From contig JAEEKI010000016.1 in assembly GCA_016282375.1 (NCBI GenBank), positions 39,219-103,218 of the forward strand: a stretch of DNA of 64,000 nucleotides, given 5' to 3'. Positions within the stretch are counted from its first letter, which is position 1; each line of letters opens with the position of its first letter. The notes below the pieces were generated by a model. That model did no database searches. It was given only the letters and a program-made list of their open reading frames with translations, and was not told the DNA's origin. The DNA is from Bacillales bacterium. GTDB lineage: Bacteria; Bacillota_I; Bacilli_A; RF39; UBA660. This document shows, piece after piece, positions 10,304 to 18,458 of the stretch. The translations under genes and the position numbers were made by a program.

Positions 10304-10882
10304 TTACTTTCTTCTAGATTCAATAATAGTCTTAGTATCAATTGATGATTTAACTAAATAAATAACTGTCATTACTAGTGAACAAACAATGATTGTTGCA
10401 ATTACGCCACCGTTATCAGCGGAAGTATCTTCGTTTAAGTGATCTAAACAATCAGTTTTGCCATCAGCATAACATTTAACGATATCTTTATCGCCATTTT
10501 CATATACTTCGTTAATGATTGTTTCAAGACTAGCATTATATCCAGCACTAGCATAAACATCACTAACAACAATAAATGGAGTCGCTTGATATGTAGCATC
10601 TTTAAACTTAACTGGATCAGCACTTAAGAATGCTTCAGCAACTTTTTTTCCTAAAGCATAGTCTTTACCTTGTTCCCAATCAACATGGTCAACATAAAGT
10701 TCTTTTTCTACAATTGTAAATTTTTCATTATATGAATCAAGTCCTTTAAGATATTCCATTTGTGCTTCACAAGCAGGACATCCACCAGCTTCGAAAATGT
10801 AAACTTTAACCTTTCCTTTAGCATTTACGGCAAGTGGTAATAAACACATTACTGCCATAATAGTAACCAATAATTTCTTCAT
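10304..10882 (-). CDS. exported thioredoxin-fold protein with CxxC motif and C-terminal membrane anchor
   Basis: Signal peptide MKKLLVTIMAVMCLLPLAVNA, the motif FEAGGCPACEAQ, and a C-terminal TM segment VIATIIVCSLVMTVIYLV. Confidence 0.7.
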   Translation of the reverse strand: MKKLLVTIMAVMCLLPLAVNAKGKVKVYIFEAGGCPACEAQMEYLKGLDSYNEKFTIVEKELYVDHVDWEQGKDYALGKKVAEAFLSADPVKFKDATYQATPFIVVSDVYASAGYNASLETIINEVYENGDKDIVKCYADGKTDCLDHLNEDTSADNGGVIATIIVCSLVMTVIYLVKSSIDTKTIIESRRK

Positions 10883-11054
10883 CGTATTCCTCCTTAATAT
10901 AAGTATAACATGATAATACTAATTTGTTAAGTTATTTACATGTAAATATAGTTACTATTTTACAAAAATAGCACCTCAAAATATAACTATGGTGTTTTCT
11001 ATATGTACTACAATACATAATAAGTACTCCCTATATTCTAAAATCATTATAACA

Positions 11055-11081
11055 TAAAAAAAGCAAGAACAATATCTTGCC
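11055..11081 (-). terminator. intrinsic terminator after pheT
   Basis: GCAAGA/TCTTGC stem followed by a T-run on the minus strand. Confidence 0.55.
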
Positions 11082-11091
11082 TTTAACTATT

Positions 11092-13512
11092 TTACTCTAA
11101 ACGAAGTTCTGCTCCACATTTTTTATTTAAAACATTTAAGATATCTGTCATTTTTTCATTAATTTGTTCAGCATTCATGGATACATCTTCATTGATAAAT
11201 CTTACCTTTAAAGTAAGTGATTTTTTACCTTCAGGAATATGATTGCCATAGTATTCATCGACAAATTCAACTTCATATGCTAAATTCTTAATACTTTTGT
11301 AAATATCTTCCCATTTAGTATCTGTATTAATAATAATCGATAAATCTTTTTCAATAAGAGGAAGTTCAGGAAGTTTTTTATACTTATTAGTTCTTGATGC
11401 AAACGAAGTAAACTTACTGGCATCAATTTCCATTAGAGCAACATTTGTTCTTTTGATCTTGGTTTGGGACATAACTCTTGTTGATAATAATCCCAAATTA
11501 CCAATTACTTCCCCATCTTTTGTGATATTTAAATAAGCATTAATATCAGCCCAAGATGGTTTTTCTTTTTGTTCTAACCGGATATTATCCATATGGGTAT
11601 AAGTAGCCATTTGTTCAATAACACCTTTTAGTTCATAAAAGATTTTCTTTGCATCTTTGCCTGTAATAGAGGCTACTAAACTCTTAGTCTGAATTGGCAA
11701 TACTTCATCTTCGCTCGAAGGACTATATGCTCCTTTTTGATATACTTCATCATATTCAAACATTTTAAATTCATCATAATAACGAAGATTTTTAGAAATA
11801 GCTTCAATCATACCTGGAATTAAAGATGCTTTCAAATTTTTTAGTTCAGGTGCCGGCGGTGTAGCTAGTTTTACACAATTATCTTTATTAATACCTACAG
11901 CATCAAGATATTTTTCCTCAATCCAAGGATAAGTAAAGATTTCATAAAAACCACATCTAAAAGCTAAGTACTCTTTAATTCTTCTTTCTAAAAGATAATC
12001 ATTTTGCTTAATTGAGTGATCAAGATTAATTGTTAATGGTTTTCTTTCAAAACTATCAAAACTTAATATTCTTGCAATATCTCCCATTACATCGTCTTTG
12101 ATAGTTACATCACCTGTAGAACGATATGTTGGTACTGTTACTTCATAAATACCTTTACTATATTTAACTTCATAACCAAGATATGTTAATAGTTCTTTTA
12201 CTGTTTTAGAATCAATTTCTTTACCTAATCTTTCAGTTAACCAACTTTCAGATACTTCGATAATATTCTTTTCTGTTGGATGTAAATAGACATCATTGTA
12301 TTTAATAATTTTACTATCTGGGAATATTTCTTTTATTAAAGATAATGATAAATTAATTCCCTCATCTACTCTTTGCGTATCAAGACCTTTTTCAAAACGA
12401 ATAGCGGAATCCGTTTTTTCAGCAAAACGTTTGTCAGTCTTACGAATAGTACCAGCATCAAAATTAGCAACTTCTAAAACAATACCAGTTGTATCTGGTA
12501 AGATAGAATCATCTTTACCACCACGAATACCTGCTAAACACATTGGCTTTTTAGCATCACAAATAACTAAATCATCTTTTGTTAGTGTAATAGTATTATC
12601 ATCAAGTAATAATAATTCTTCGCCTTCTTTGGCATTACGAACAACAATCTTTTCATCAATTACATGCGTTTTATCAAAGGCATGTAATGGTTGACCAGTA
12701 ACTAACATAACATAATTTGTTATATCAACAATAGCATTAATTGGCCGCATACCACCTTTTACTAAAGTAGATTGCATCCAAATTGGTGATGATATATCTT
12801 TAATACCATCTATTTCAGCAGCTATATATCTATGACATTTATCTTCATCTTGAATAGTTACATCATACTTAGGTAAACTACTATCTACTTCATAAGTATC
12901 TAATGGTTTTAATGGTACTCGATAAATAGTGGATAATTCTCTAGCCAAGCCATAATAACCCCATAAATCTGGACGATTAGATAAAGACTTATTATCAATT
13001 TCTAAAACCGTATCATTTAAATCCATAACATCAGCAATGTTATCACCAGGATTGCAATCTATACCTTTTAAATCAATAATTTCGGTTTCACTTTGTGCAG
13101 GAAAGAAACTGTCTAAGAAGACCTCGGATGAAGCACAAATCATACCATAAGAATCTTCACCACGCATCTTTGTTTCTTTGATGGTAACAGGTTCCCCTTC
13201 CCCGTGCCATACTACTACAGCACCTGGTAAAGCTACGACAACTGACTCACCTTCATAAAGGTTAGATCCCCCACAGACAATTTGTACTGTTTTACTACCA
13301 ACATCAACTTTACAAATCCGTAATTTATCAGCATTTGGATGGGCTTTAACTTCTAAGATTTTACCAACACAAATATTTTGATATTTCTCGGCAAGATTTT
13401 CAACATTTTCAACTTCAACAGTTCGAAGTGTTAAATCATAAGCCATTTGTTTTTCATCAATATCTTTGGGAATATTAACATATTTTTTAATTAAATTTAA
13501 TGAAACTCTCAT
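11092..13512 (-). CDS. pheT: phenylalanine--tRNA ligase beta subunit
   Basis: 806 aa with an N-terminal tRNA-binding domain, B3/4 and B5 domains and a C-terminal FDX-ACB domain. Lies immediately downstream of pheS. Confidence 0.95.
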   Translation of the reverse strand: MRVSLNLIKKYVNIPKDIDEKQMAYDLTLRTVEVENVENLAEKYQNICVGKILEVKAHPNADKLRICKVDVGSKTVQIVCGGSNLYEGESVVVALPGAVVVWHGEGEPVTIKETKMRGEDSYGMICASSEVFLDSFFPAQSETEIIDLKGIDCNPGDNIADVMDLNDTVLEIDNKSLSNRPDLWGYYGLARELSTIYRVPLKPLDTYEVDSSLPKYDVTIQDEDKCHRYIAAEIDGIKDISSPIWMQSTLVKGGMRPINAIVDITNYVMLVTGQPLHAFDKTHVIDEKIVVRNAKEGEELLLLDDNTITLTKDDLVICDAKKPMCLAGIRGGKDDSILPDTTGIVLEVANFDAGTIRKTDKRFAEKTDSAIRFEKGLDTQRVDEGINLSLSLIKEIFPDSKIIKYNDVYLHPTEKNIIEVSESWLTERLGKEIDSKTVKELLTYLGYEVKYSKGIYEVTVPTYRSTGDVTIKDDVMGDIARILSFDSFERKPLTINLDHSIKQNDYLLERRIKEYLAFRCGFYEIFTYPWIEEKYLDAVGINKDNCVKLATPPAPELKNLKASLIPGMIEAISKNLRYYDEFKMFEYDEVYQKGAYSPSSEDEVLPIQTKSLVASITGKDAKKIFYELKGVIEQMATYTHMDNIRLEQKEKPSWADINAYLNITKDGEVIGNLGLLSTRVMSQTKIKRTNVALMEIDASKFTSFASRTNKYKKLPELPLIEKDLSIIINTDTKWEDIYKSIKNLAYEVEFVDEYYGNHIPEGKKSLTLKVRFINEDVSMNAEQINEKMTDILNVLNKKCGAELRLE

Positions 13513-13523
13513 ATTAGCCCTCC

Positions 13524-14561
13524 TTACTTAAATTCCTTTAAAAATCTTAAATCAGCACTATGGAATAATCTGACATCATCAACGCCATAGCGCATCATTA
13601 CTAAACGATCTAAACCAATATTAATATAGAAACCTGTCCATTCTTCTGGGTCAAGATTTGCTGATTTTAATACATTTGGATGAATTACACCACCTGGCAT
13701 AACTTCAATCCACCCATTGTGATTGCATACCTTACAGCCTTTTCCACCACAAACTAGACACTCCATATCTATTTCATAACCTGGTTCAGTAAATGGGAAG
13801 AAACCTTCACGCATTCTTGTATTTATTTTACGACCAAAAACTTTTTCTAAAATAGTTTGAATCATAACCATTCCAGAAGAAAAAGATATGTTTTTATCAA
13901 CAATTAAAGCCTCATATTGATAGAAAGCTCTTTCATGACGAGCATCAGTTGTTTCATTTCTAAATACTGGACCAGGATAAACAAACCGAGCTGGAGCACC
14001 ATGCTTTAATAAGTAACGAACTGAACCACCCGTTAAATGAGGACGCAAACAAAGTCTTTCTGCTCCTTCTTTATCTTCAGTTCCTTCAAGCCAGTATGTA
14101 TCCATTGATTGTCTTGCCGGATGATCTTTTGCAAAATTCAAATTATCAAAAGCATATTTTTCACTACTAATATCATCTTCGCTATATACTTCAAAACCTA
14201 AAGAAAGAAAAGCATCATTTAAATCATACTTCATTTGGGTAATCGGATGTAATGCTCCTTCACTTACCTTTTTACCAGGTATACTTAAATCAATTGGTCC
14301 ATCTAAAACACTTTTTTGATCAATTAACTCTTGTTCTTTTTGATCCAATTTTTCTGCAAATACGTTTTTAATTTCCGTTGTAAGCATTCCTACTTGCTTT
14401 TTTTCTTCAGGAGCTAAATTACGCATATTTTGCATAACTTCTGCTAACTTACTCTTCTTACCCGTTAAATCTTTACGAACTACTTCCAGTTCTTCAAGCG
14501 TTTTAACATTACTGATTGTTTCTAAACCTTCTTCTTTTACTTTTTTTAGTGTTTCTTCCAT
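13524..14561 (-). CDS. pheS: phenylalanine--tRNA ligase alpha subunit
   Basis: Class II core motifs (FRNETTDARHERAFYQYEALIVD, FPFTEPGYEIDM). I place the start at MEETLKK (14561), 7 nt after AAAGGA. The track's longer N-terminus (to 14597) runs into the T-box terminator. Confidence 0.93.
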   Translation of the reverse strand: MEETLKKVKEEGLETISNVKTLEELEVVRKDLTGKKSKLAEVMQNMRNLAPEEKKQVGMLTTEIKNVFAEKLDQKEQELIDQKSVLDGPIDLSIPGKKVSEGALHPITQMKYDLNDAFLSLGFEVYSEDDISSEKYAFDNLNFAKDHPARQSMDTYWLEGTEDKEGAERLCLRPHLTGGSVRYLLKHGAPARFVYPGPVFRNETTDARHERAFYQYEALIVDKNISFSSGMVMIQTILEKVFGRKINTRMREGFFPFTEPGYEIDMECLVCGGKGCKVCNHNGWIEVMPGGVIHPNVLKSANLDPEEWTGFYINIGLDRLVMMRYGVDDVRLFHSADLRFLKEFK

Positions 14562-14569
14562 ATCCATTT

Positions 14570-14800
14570 CCTTTCTAAAAAAAACGAGTAATAACATCCT
14601 AAAAGGACGAAATTACTCGTGGTACCACCTTTTTTTATAGTATAAATACTACCTTAAAACGATTAACGCTCGCTAAACGCTTTGATTCAGTTATTTGAAT
14701 TTCATTAATTACTTTATCTATTACAACTTTCAGTCAATGATTGTAATTCCCTTTTTAAGAAATGTAATTAATTACTTGATATAACATCTCCATCAAAATC
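14570..14800 (-). promoter_or_regulatory. T-box leader (tRNA-sensing riboswitch) controlling pheST
   Basis: The conserved T-box sequence GGTGGTACCACG is the complement of 14618-14629. It overlaps a terminator hairpin (ACGAGTAAT...ATTACTCGT, 14584-14620) that is followed by U8. UUC triplets are present in the stem I region, but the specifier was not resolved by hand. Confidence 0.85.
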
Positions 14801-14807
14801 TATTGAT

Positions 14808-14836
14808 ATTATAGTATTATTGCTAATTTTTGTCAA
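14808..14836 (-). promoter_or_regulatory. consensus sigma-A promoter of the pheST leader
   Basis: On the minus strand: TTGACA (14831-14836), exactly 17 nt, then TATAAT (14808-14813). Confidence 0.7.
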
Positions 14837-14873
14837 ACATGCCTTTTGAAATTATTTCGTGTTCCTACATTTC

Positions 14874-14902
14874 ATTCGGCACGCATTCGGCCTATTCGGC
14901 CT
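14874..14902. repeat. three closely spaced ATTCGGC repeats (the last two form a perfect 9-bp tandem, ATTCGGCCT x2)
   Basis: ATTCGGC occurs at 14874-14880, 14885-14891 and 14894-14900, inside a GC-rich patch between the family-A gene and the pheS -35 box. Confidence 0.7.
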
Positions 14903-14904
14903 TC

Positions 14905-14946
14905 AATTTTGCCTATCGGCAAAATTAGATTCAAGATATTAAGATG
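14905..14946 (-). repeat. conserved 42-nt 3' element with hairpin (copy A)
   Basis: Minus strand reads CATCTTAATATCTTGAATCT + AATTTTGCC-GATA-GGCAAAATT. At 59699-59740 it is identical apart from two positions in the hairpin: one stem position becomes a G-U pair and the loop is GACA instead of GATA. No U-tract follows this copy. Confidence 0.8.
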
Positions 14947-14975
14947 CCCGGAAGGCCCAAGACCCCCGAACACGA

Positions 14976-16109
14976 CTAACCTCCACCCCACGATCCACAA
15001 TAGGCATGACCAGAGGCATCAACTCCACAGCCTTCGTACATAGAGTCATCGCTACAGTTGACATAACCAAGGATGTTCACTCCACAGTTGAGGCCGCCCA
15101 CAGTGCAGCCAGCACCGTCGGCGCTAGCGGCAACGGTGCTTATATTGATCGTTATTCCAGCATCGATAAACGCTTGATATAGTGCTTGTTTGACACTTGC
15201 TTGTTGCTCTGATGTTAAAGTACTATTTAATGTATGTCCACTTAATCCGTATTGGGTATATGGTTGGGATAAACATATTTCATGTCCTTGTATTGTTGCA
15301 CATGCATAATATTTACTACTATCTTGGCCTATATATACGTTATGTCCTGTTGCACTTCCACTACTTTGTAGTGTTCCACCATAATTAGGAAAAGTACATG
15401 GGTTTGAATATGTACATGTCGTGGTATCAAACCAATAACTGGTTAGGCTTGATGGGCTTGCTGTTCCTGCTACACATGAGACATTTGCTACCCTAAACTT
15501 TCCTGCATATGTTTTTCCTGATAATGTACTTTGATCTGATGGCGTATTTACAAATGCACTTTCTAGATACCATACAGCTGTTTCAGTTGTACTGCCAATA
15601 CCAGATATTTTAGCACCGCTTACCACAACTGCACTATTCTGATTACCAACAATATCGGCTAGATCAGCTCCTGTTGAAATATAGTTATTACCTTCAGTTG
15701 CGGTTGTAGTACCAGATTCCAAATATGCTATGATACCTAATTCGATATTAGTCTCTCCCGTGGAATGGGTAGTGTATCGATCAGTACTTGTCCATTCATA
15801 AATAATATCATACGTACATACCATACTATAATCAGTGTTGGCTGTGAAATTAACCGTTAAGGTTGTGTTATTATATGCGGCAACATTTCCAATCTTTGCC
15901 TCTACCATATTAGCTGCTGTTATATTAAGAGACATATCGCCCCCGATAACGTCAAACACCATATTATTTCTCTCTGTTACTGTATTAGCATTTGCTACAT
16001 TCGTTATATTCATATTACCTGTTGCAAAGTATGCAAATGTTGCGCCAATTATTGTTACTAATAATGTTACGATAGCTATTATTAATAAGATTATATTATT
16101 CTTTTTCAT
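14976..16109 (-). CDS. secreted protein with SipW/TasA-type signal peptide and Cys-rich variable C-terminal module (family member A)
   Basis: The N-terminus MKKNNIILLIIAIVTLLVTIIGATFAYFATGN matches the SipW-cognate signal class (hydrophobic core then G-[AT]-[FY]-A-Y-F). It is paralogous to 59784-60917 and 61051-62172. It has its own promoter-like TATAAT, and a terminator lies upstream of it. Confidence 0.8.
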   Translation of the reverse strand: MKKNNIILLIIAIVTLLVTIIGATFAYFATGNMNITNVANANTVTERNNMVFDVIGGDMSLNITAANMVEAKIGNVAAYNNTTLTVNFTANTDYSMVCTYDIIYEWTSTDRYTTHSTGETNIELGIIAYLESGTTTATEGNNYISTGADLADIVGNQNSAVVVSGAKISGIGSTTETAVWYLESAFVNTPSDQSTLSGKTYAGKFRVANVSCVAGTASPSSLTSYWFDTTTCTYSNPCTFPNYGGTLQSSGSATGHNVYIGQDSSKYYACATIQGHEICLSQPYTQYGLSGHTLNSTLTSEQQASVKQALYQAFIDAGITINISTVAASADGAGCTVGGLNCGVNILGYVNCSDDSMYEGCGVDASGHAYCGSWGGG

Positions 16110-16148
16110 ATGGACTCCTATCTTATAAATTTATTATAATATAAACCA

Positions 16149-16187
16149 TAAAAAAAGTATAGTTTTCACTGAAGTTGTAACTATACT
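16149..16187 (-). terminator. intrinsic terminator after the 312-aa gene
   Basis: AGTATAGTT/AACTATACT stem followed by a T-run on the minus strand. Confidence 0.6.
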
Positions 16188-16193
16188 ATTTCT

Positions 16194-17132
16194 CTATCCT
16201 TGATAATAAATGGTAGGGCATTCACCAGCTAGATAAACCATTTGGTTATTGGACTCAACTTGAAACATTTCAAAGTCATATACAAAGATAAAATTGCCAC
16301 TTACATAATAAGTTGTTTCTACTCCATCGACAATAATAGTATTTTGTTTTAAAACAACTATAACATCACTATAAGAGCCATCCATATTTTGCATTGTTCC
16401 TGTATAGGTACCTAATAATAACGTGTGACCTGCAACAGTAATTGATCCTTGTGAAGTACTTTGCTTACTTTCTTCATTAGTTTGTTTATTTTCAACTGGT
16501 TCTTGAGTAGTTTGTCCATTATCATCATATAATGGGCTTTGAACGGTAGATTGTTGTTCACCCGGTAATGGAGCATTTTCTATTAAATCTTTTAAATTGG
16601 CTTTGAAATTATCTTGATTGGCATAAATAGTTGTAACATCACCATCCATTTTAGCAAACCAATTTAAAGATAAATGAGTTGGATTAGTATACTTTGTAGG
16701 ACTTTCCTTTTCCTTAACAATATCATCTAGTAAGGTATATATTTCATCATTATCAATTAATTCCCAAACATAGTATTCATATTCATCCTTTTCAGTATTA
16801 TTAGCCAGTAAAATCATTGCTTCATGATTATACACCTTTTCATTAAGTTTACCATTTTTTGTATAGTAAATAGTTAAAAAACCAGATGCATCATTCAATG
16901 CCACAATAACGTCATCTACACCATTAATTTTATATGCTCGAACTTTAACATCGCCATCGGCATTTTCATATTTTTTAAGAACTTCATAAAACTTGTTAAA
17001 CTCTTTAGATGTTCCTAACCCAAAATTATTCATAACTAATTTTACAATAATAAGAATTAATAATATAACTACAAGTAGAATAGTACCCATAATGACTTTT
17101 TTACTATTCTTTGAATTTTCTTTCTCTTTCAT
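16194..17132 (-). CDS. membrane-anchored extracytoplasmic hypothetical protein
   Basis: N-terminal TM segment (GTILLVVILLILIIVKLV), a Gln/Thr/Glu-rich linker and a C-terminal beta-rich part. It lies one nucleotide downstream of the preceding gene (17134-17943). Confidence 0.6.
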   Translation of the reverse strand: MKEKENSKNSKKVIMGTILLVVILLILIIVKLVMNNFGLGTSKEFNKFYEVLKKYENADGDVKVRAYKINGVDDVIVALNDASGFLTIYYTKNGKLNEKVYNHEAMILLANNTEKDEYEYYVWELIDNDEIYTLLDDIVKEKESPTKYTNPTHLSLNWFAKMDGDVTTIYANQDNFKANLKDLIENAPLPGEQQSTVQSPLYDDNGQTTQEPVENKQTNEESKQSTSQGSITVAGHTLLLGTYTGTMQNMDGSYSDVIVVLKQNTIIVDGVETTYYVSGNFIFVYDFEMFQVESNNQMVYLAGECPTIYYQG

Positions 17133-17133
17133 C

Positions 17134-17943
17134 TTAACTATTACTCCTTTTTATAAATCGATAAACTACAAGCATAACAATACCTAATATTAATTCTAAA
17201 ATTGCCGTATATAATAAAACATTAATATTAATATTTTTAATGACTGTCATCAGTGTTTCACTTAAGTTTAATTTATTTCGAAGAACTAATCCAAGAATAT
17301 AAAGAGTTACAAAGAATACTCCACTGATAACTAAATCAGCACCAGTTACACTCATCCATTTAAATAAATCCCAATTAATAAGTGAGATAAGTAGAATAAT
17401 AACTATCATAGATACGATGATAACTATTTTTATATTTATAGAAGTAATTTTTTTATATATACTGACAGCTTTGTTAGCATCTTTCGAAGATACATCACCA
17501 TCGATATCATCAAAAGATTCTTTAACAATATCATTTACTTCATCATAAGATAGAACATCTCTAATTTCATCTTCAGTATAATCGCTATCACCAAGGATAT
17601 TCATTTCATCCTTAAATTTTATAATATACTCCATGATAGAATCATAATCTTCATTCGATAAATTGTAATTATCATCCGTAACAGAAGCAAAAAAGTTATC
17701 AAAAGTTTTTTTAATCATTGATGCTGTATCTTTATCTTTCGTAATACTTGTCAAAGCATCTTTTTCTTCTTCAGATAAACCACTACTATTTGCTATTCCT
17801 TCAATGATAGCCTCTCTGGCAGCAGATACCAAAAGTTCTTTTTCAGCAAAAGATTTGGCAATAACCATAAATGACAACGAAATGATAAGTAACAAAAGAA
17901 GCGATCCTAAATTATGTGTTATAAATCCCTTAATACCTTTCAT
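17134..17943 (-). CDS. polytopic membrane protein, hypothetical
   Basis: N-terminal TM segment, an acidic ~130-aa loop, then about 3 C-terminal TM segments. No family recognised. Confidence 0.6.
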   Translation of the reverse strand: MKGIKGFITHNLGSLLLLLIISLSFMVIAKSFAEKELLVSAAREAIIEGIANSSGLSEEEKDALTSITKDKDTASMIKKTFDNFFASVTDDNYNLSNEDYDSIMEYIIKFKDEMNILGDSDYTEDEIRDVLSYDEVNDIVKESFDDIDGDVSSKDANKAVSIYKKITSINIKIVIIVSMIVIILLISLINWDLFKWMSVTGADLVISGVFFVTLYILGLVLRNKLNLSETLMTVIKNININVLLYTAILELILGIVMLVVYRFIKRSNS

Positions 17944-18084
17944 ATATTATACCTTCCTTCCCTCTTATTATAATGCGCATCGATATAACAGTAAATATTT
18001 TGTCAAAGCAAAGATAGCATTATTGTAAAGTAATTTAATTATAAAAAAAAGATAGTAACCTTAGTTATCTATCCTTTTATTGAT

Positions 18085-18453
18085 TTATTCATTACTTAAA
18101 TAATAACGATTTTCTCCAATTTCAACTGTATCGCATTCAATTTTTAATTCTACTTGAGTGTCATCTTTGAGCGTAAAAATGTAGGTTGTAATATTATCAT
18201 CACATGACAAGTTGGTCCGTGGACCAATTACTTTTTTCTGTAAATCTTTGTAGACACTTTGAGTTTCCTCTTTGTCAAGTATTTCTGACTCTGAACCATC
18301 GATAGTCTCCTTGACAATCTCAAGTTTCTTAATATTCTTTTTGGTTATTACAGCGTAATCTTCAAAGTTCATTAAATGAATAGGCTCATAATCTTTATGA
18401 CAACCGGTTAAGAATAAAACAACTGTTATTAATAATACTACTTTTCTTTTCAT
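18085..18453 (-). CDS. small lipoprotein, hypothetical
   Basis: Lipobox VVLFLTGC at residues 11-18; 122 aa. Confidence 0.6.
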   Translation of the reverse strand: MKRKVVLLITVVLFLTGCHKDYEPIHLMNFEDYAVITKKNIKKLEIVKETIDGSESEILDKEETQSVYKDLQKKVIGPRTNLSCDDNITTYIFTLKDDTQVELKIECDTVEIGENRYYLSNE

Positions 18454-18458
18454 AATCT

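Noticed and set aside
14562-14597. Longer pheS N-terminus (MLLLVFFRKEMD...) given by the ORF track
   Set aside because: These codons are the 3' half of the T-box terminator hairpin and its U-tract. A good Shine-Dalgarno sequence precedes MEETLKK at 14561, which matches the MEE... start of B. subtilis PheS.
14846-15043. Plus-strand ORFs 14846-15043 and 59703-59987, antisense to the variable modules, both containing the peptide KIRFKILRC
   Set aside because: The shared peptide is simply the translation of the conserved 42-nt element. Downstream of it the two ORFs continue in different frames relative to the conserved 28-nt block. They have TTG starts with no Shine-Dalgarno sequence, and their openness is explained by the low A+T content. 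I treat them as artefacts.
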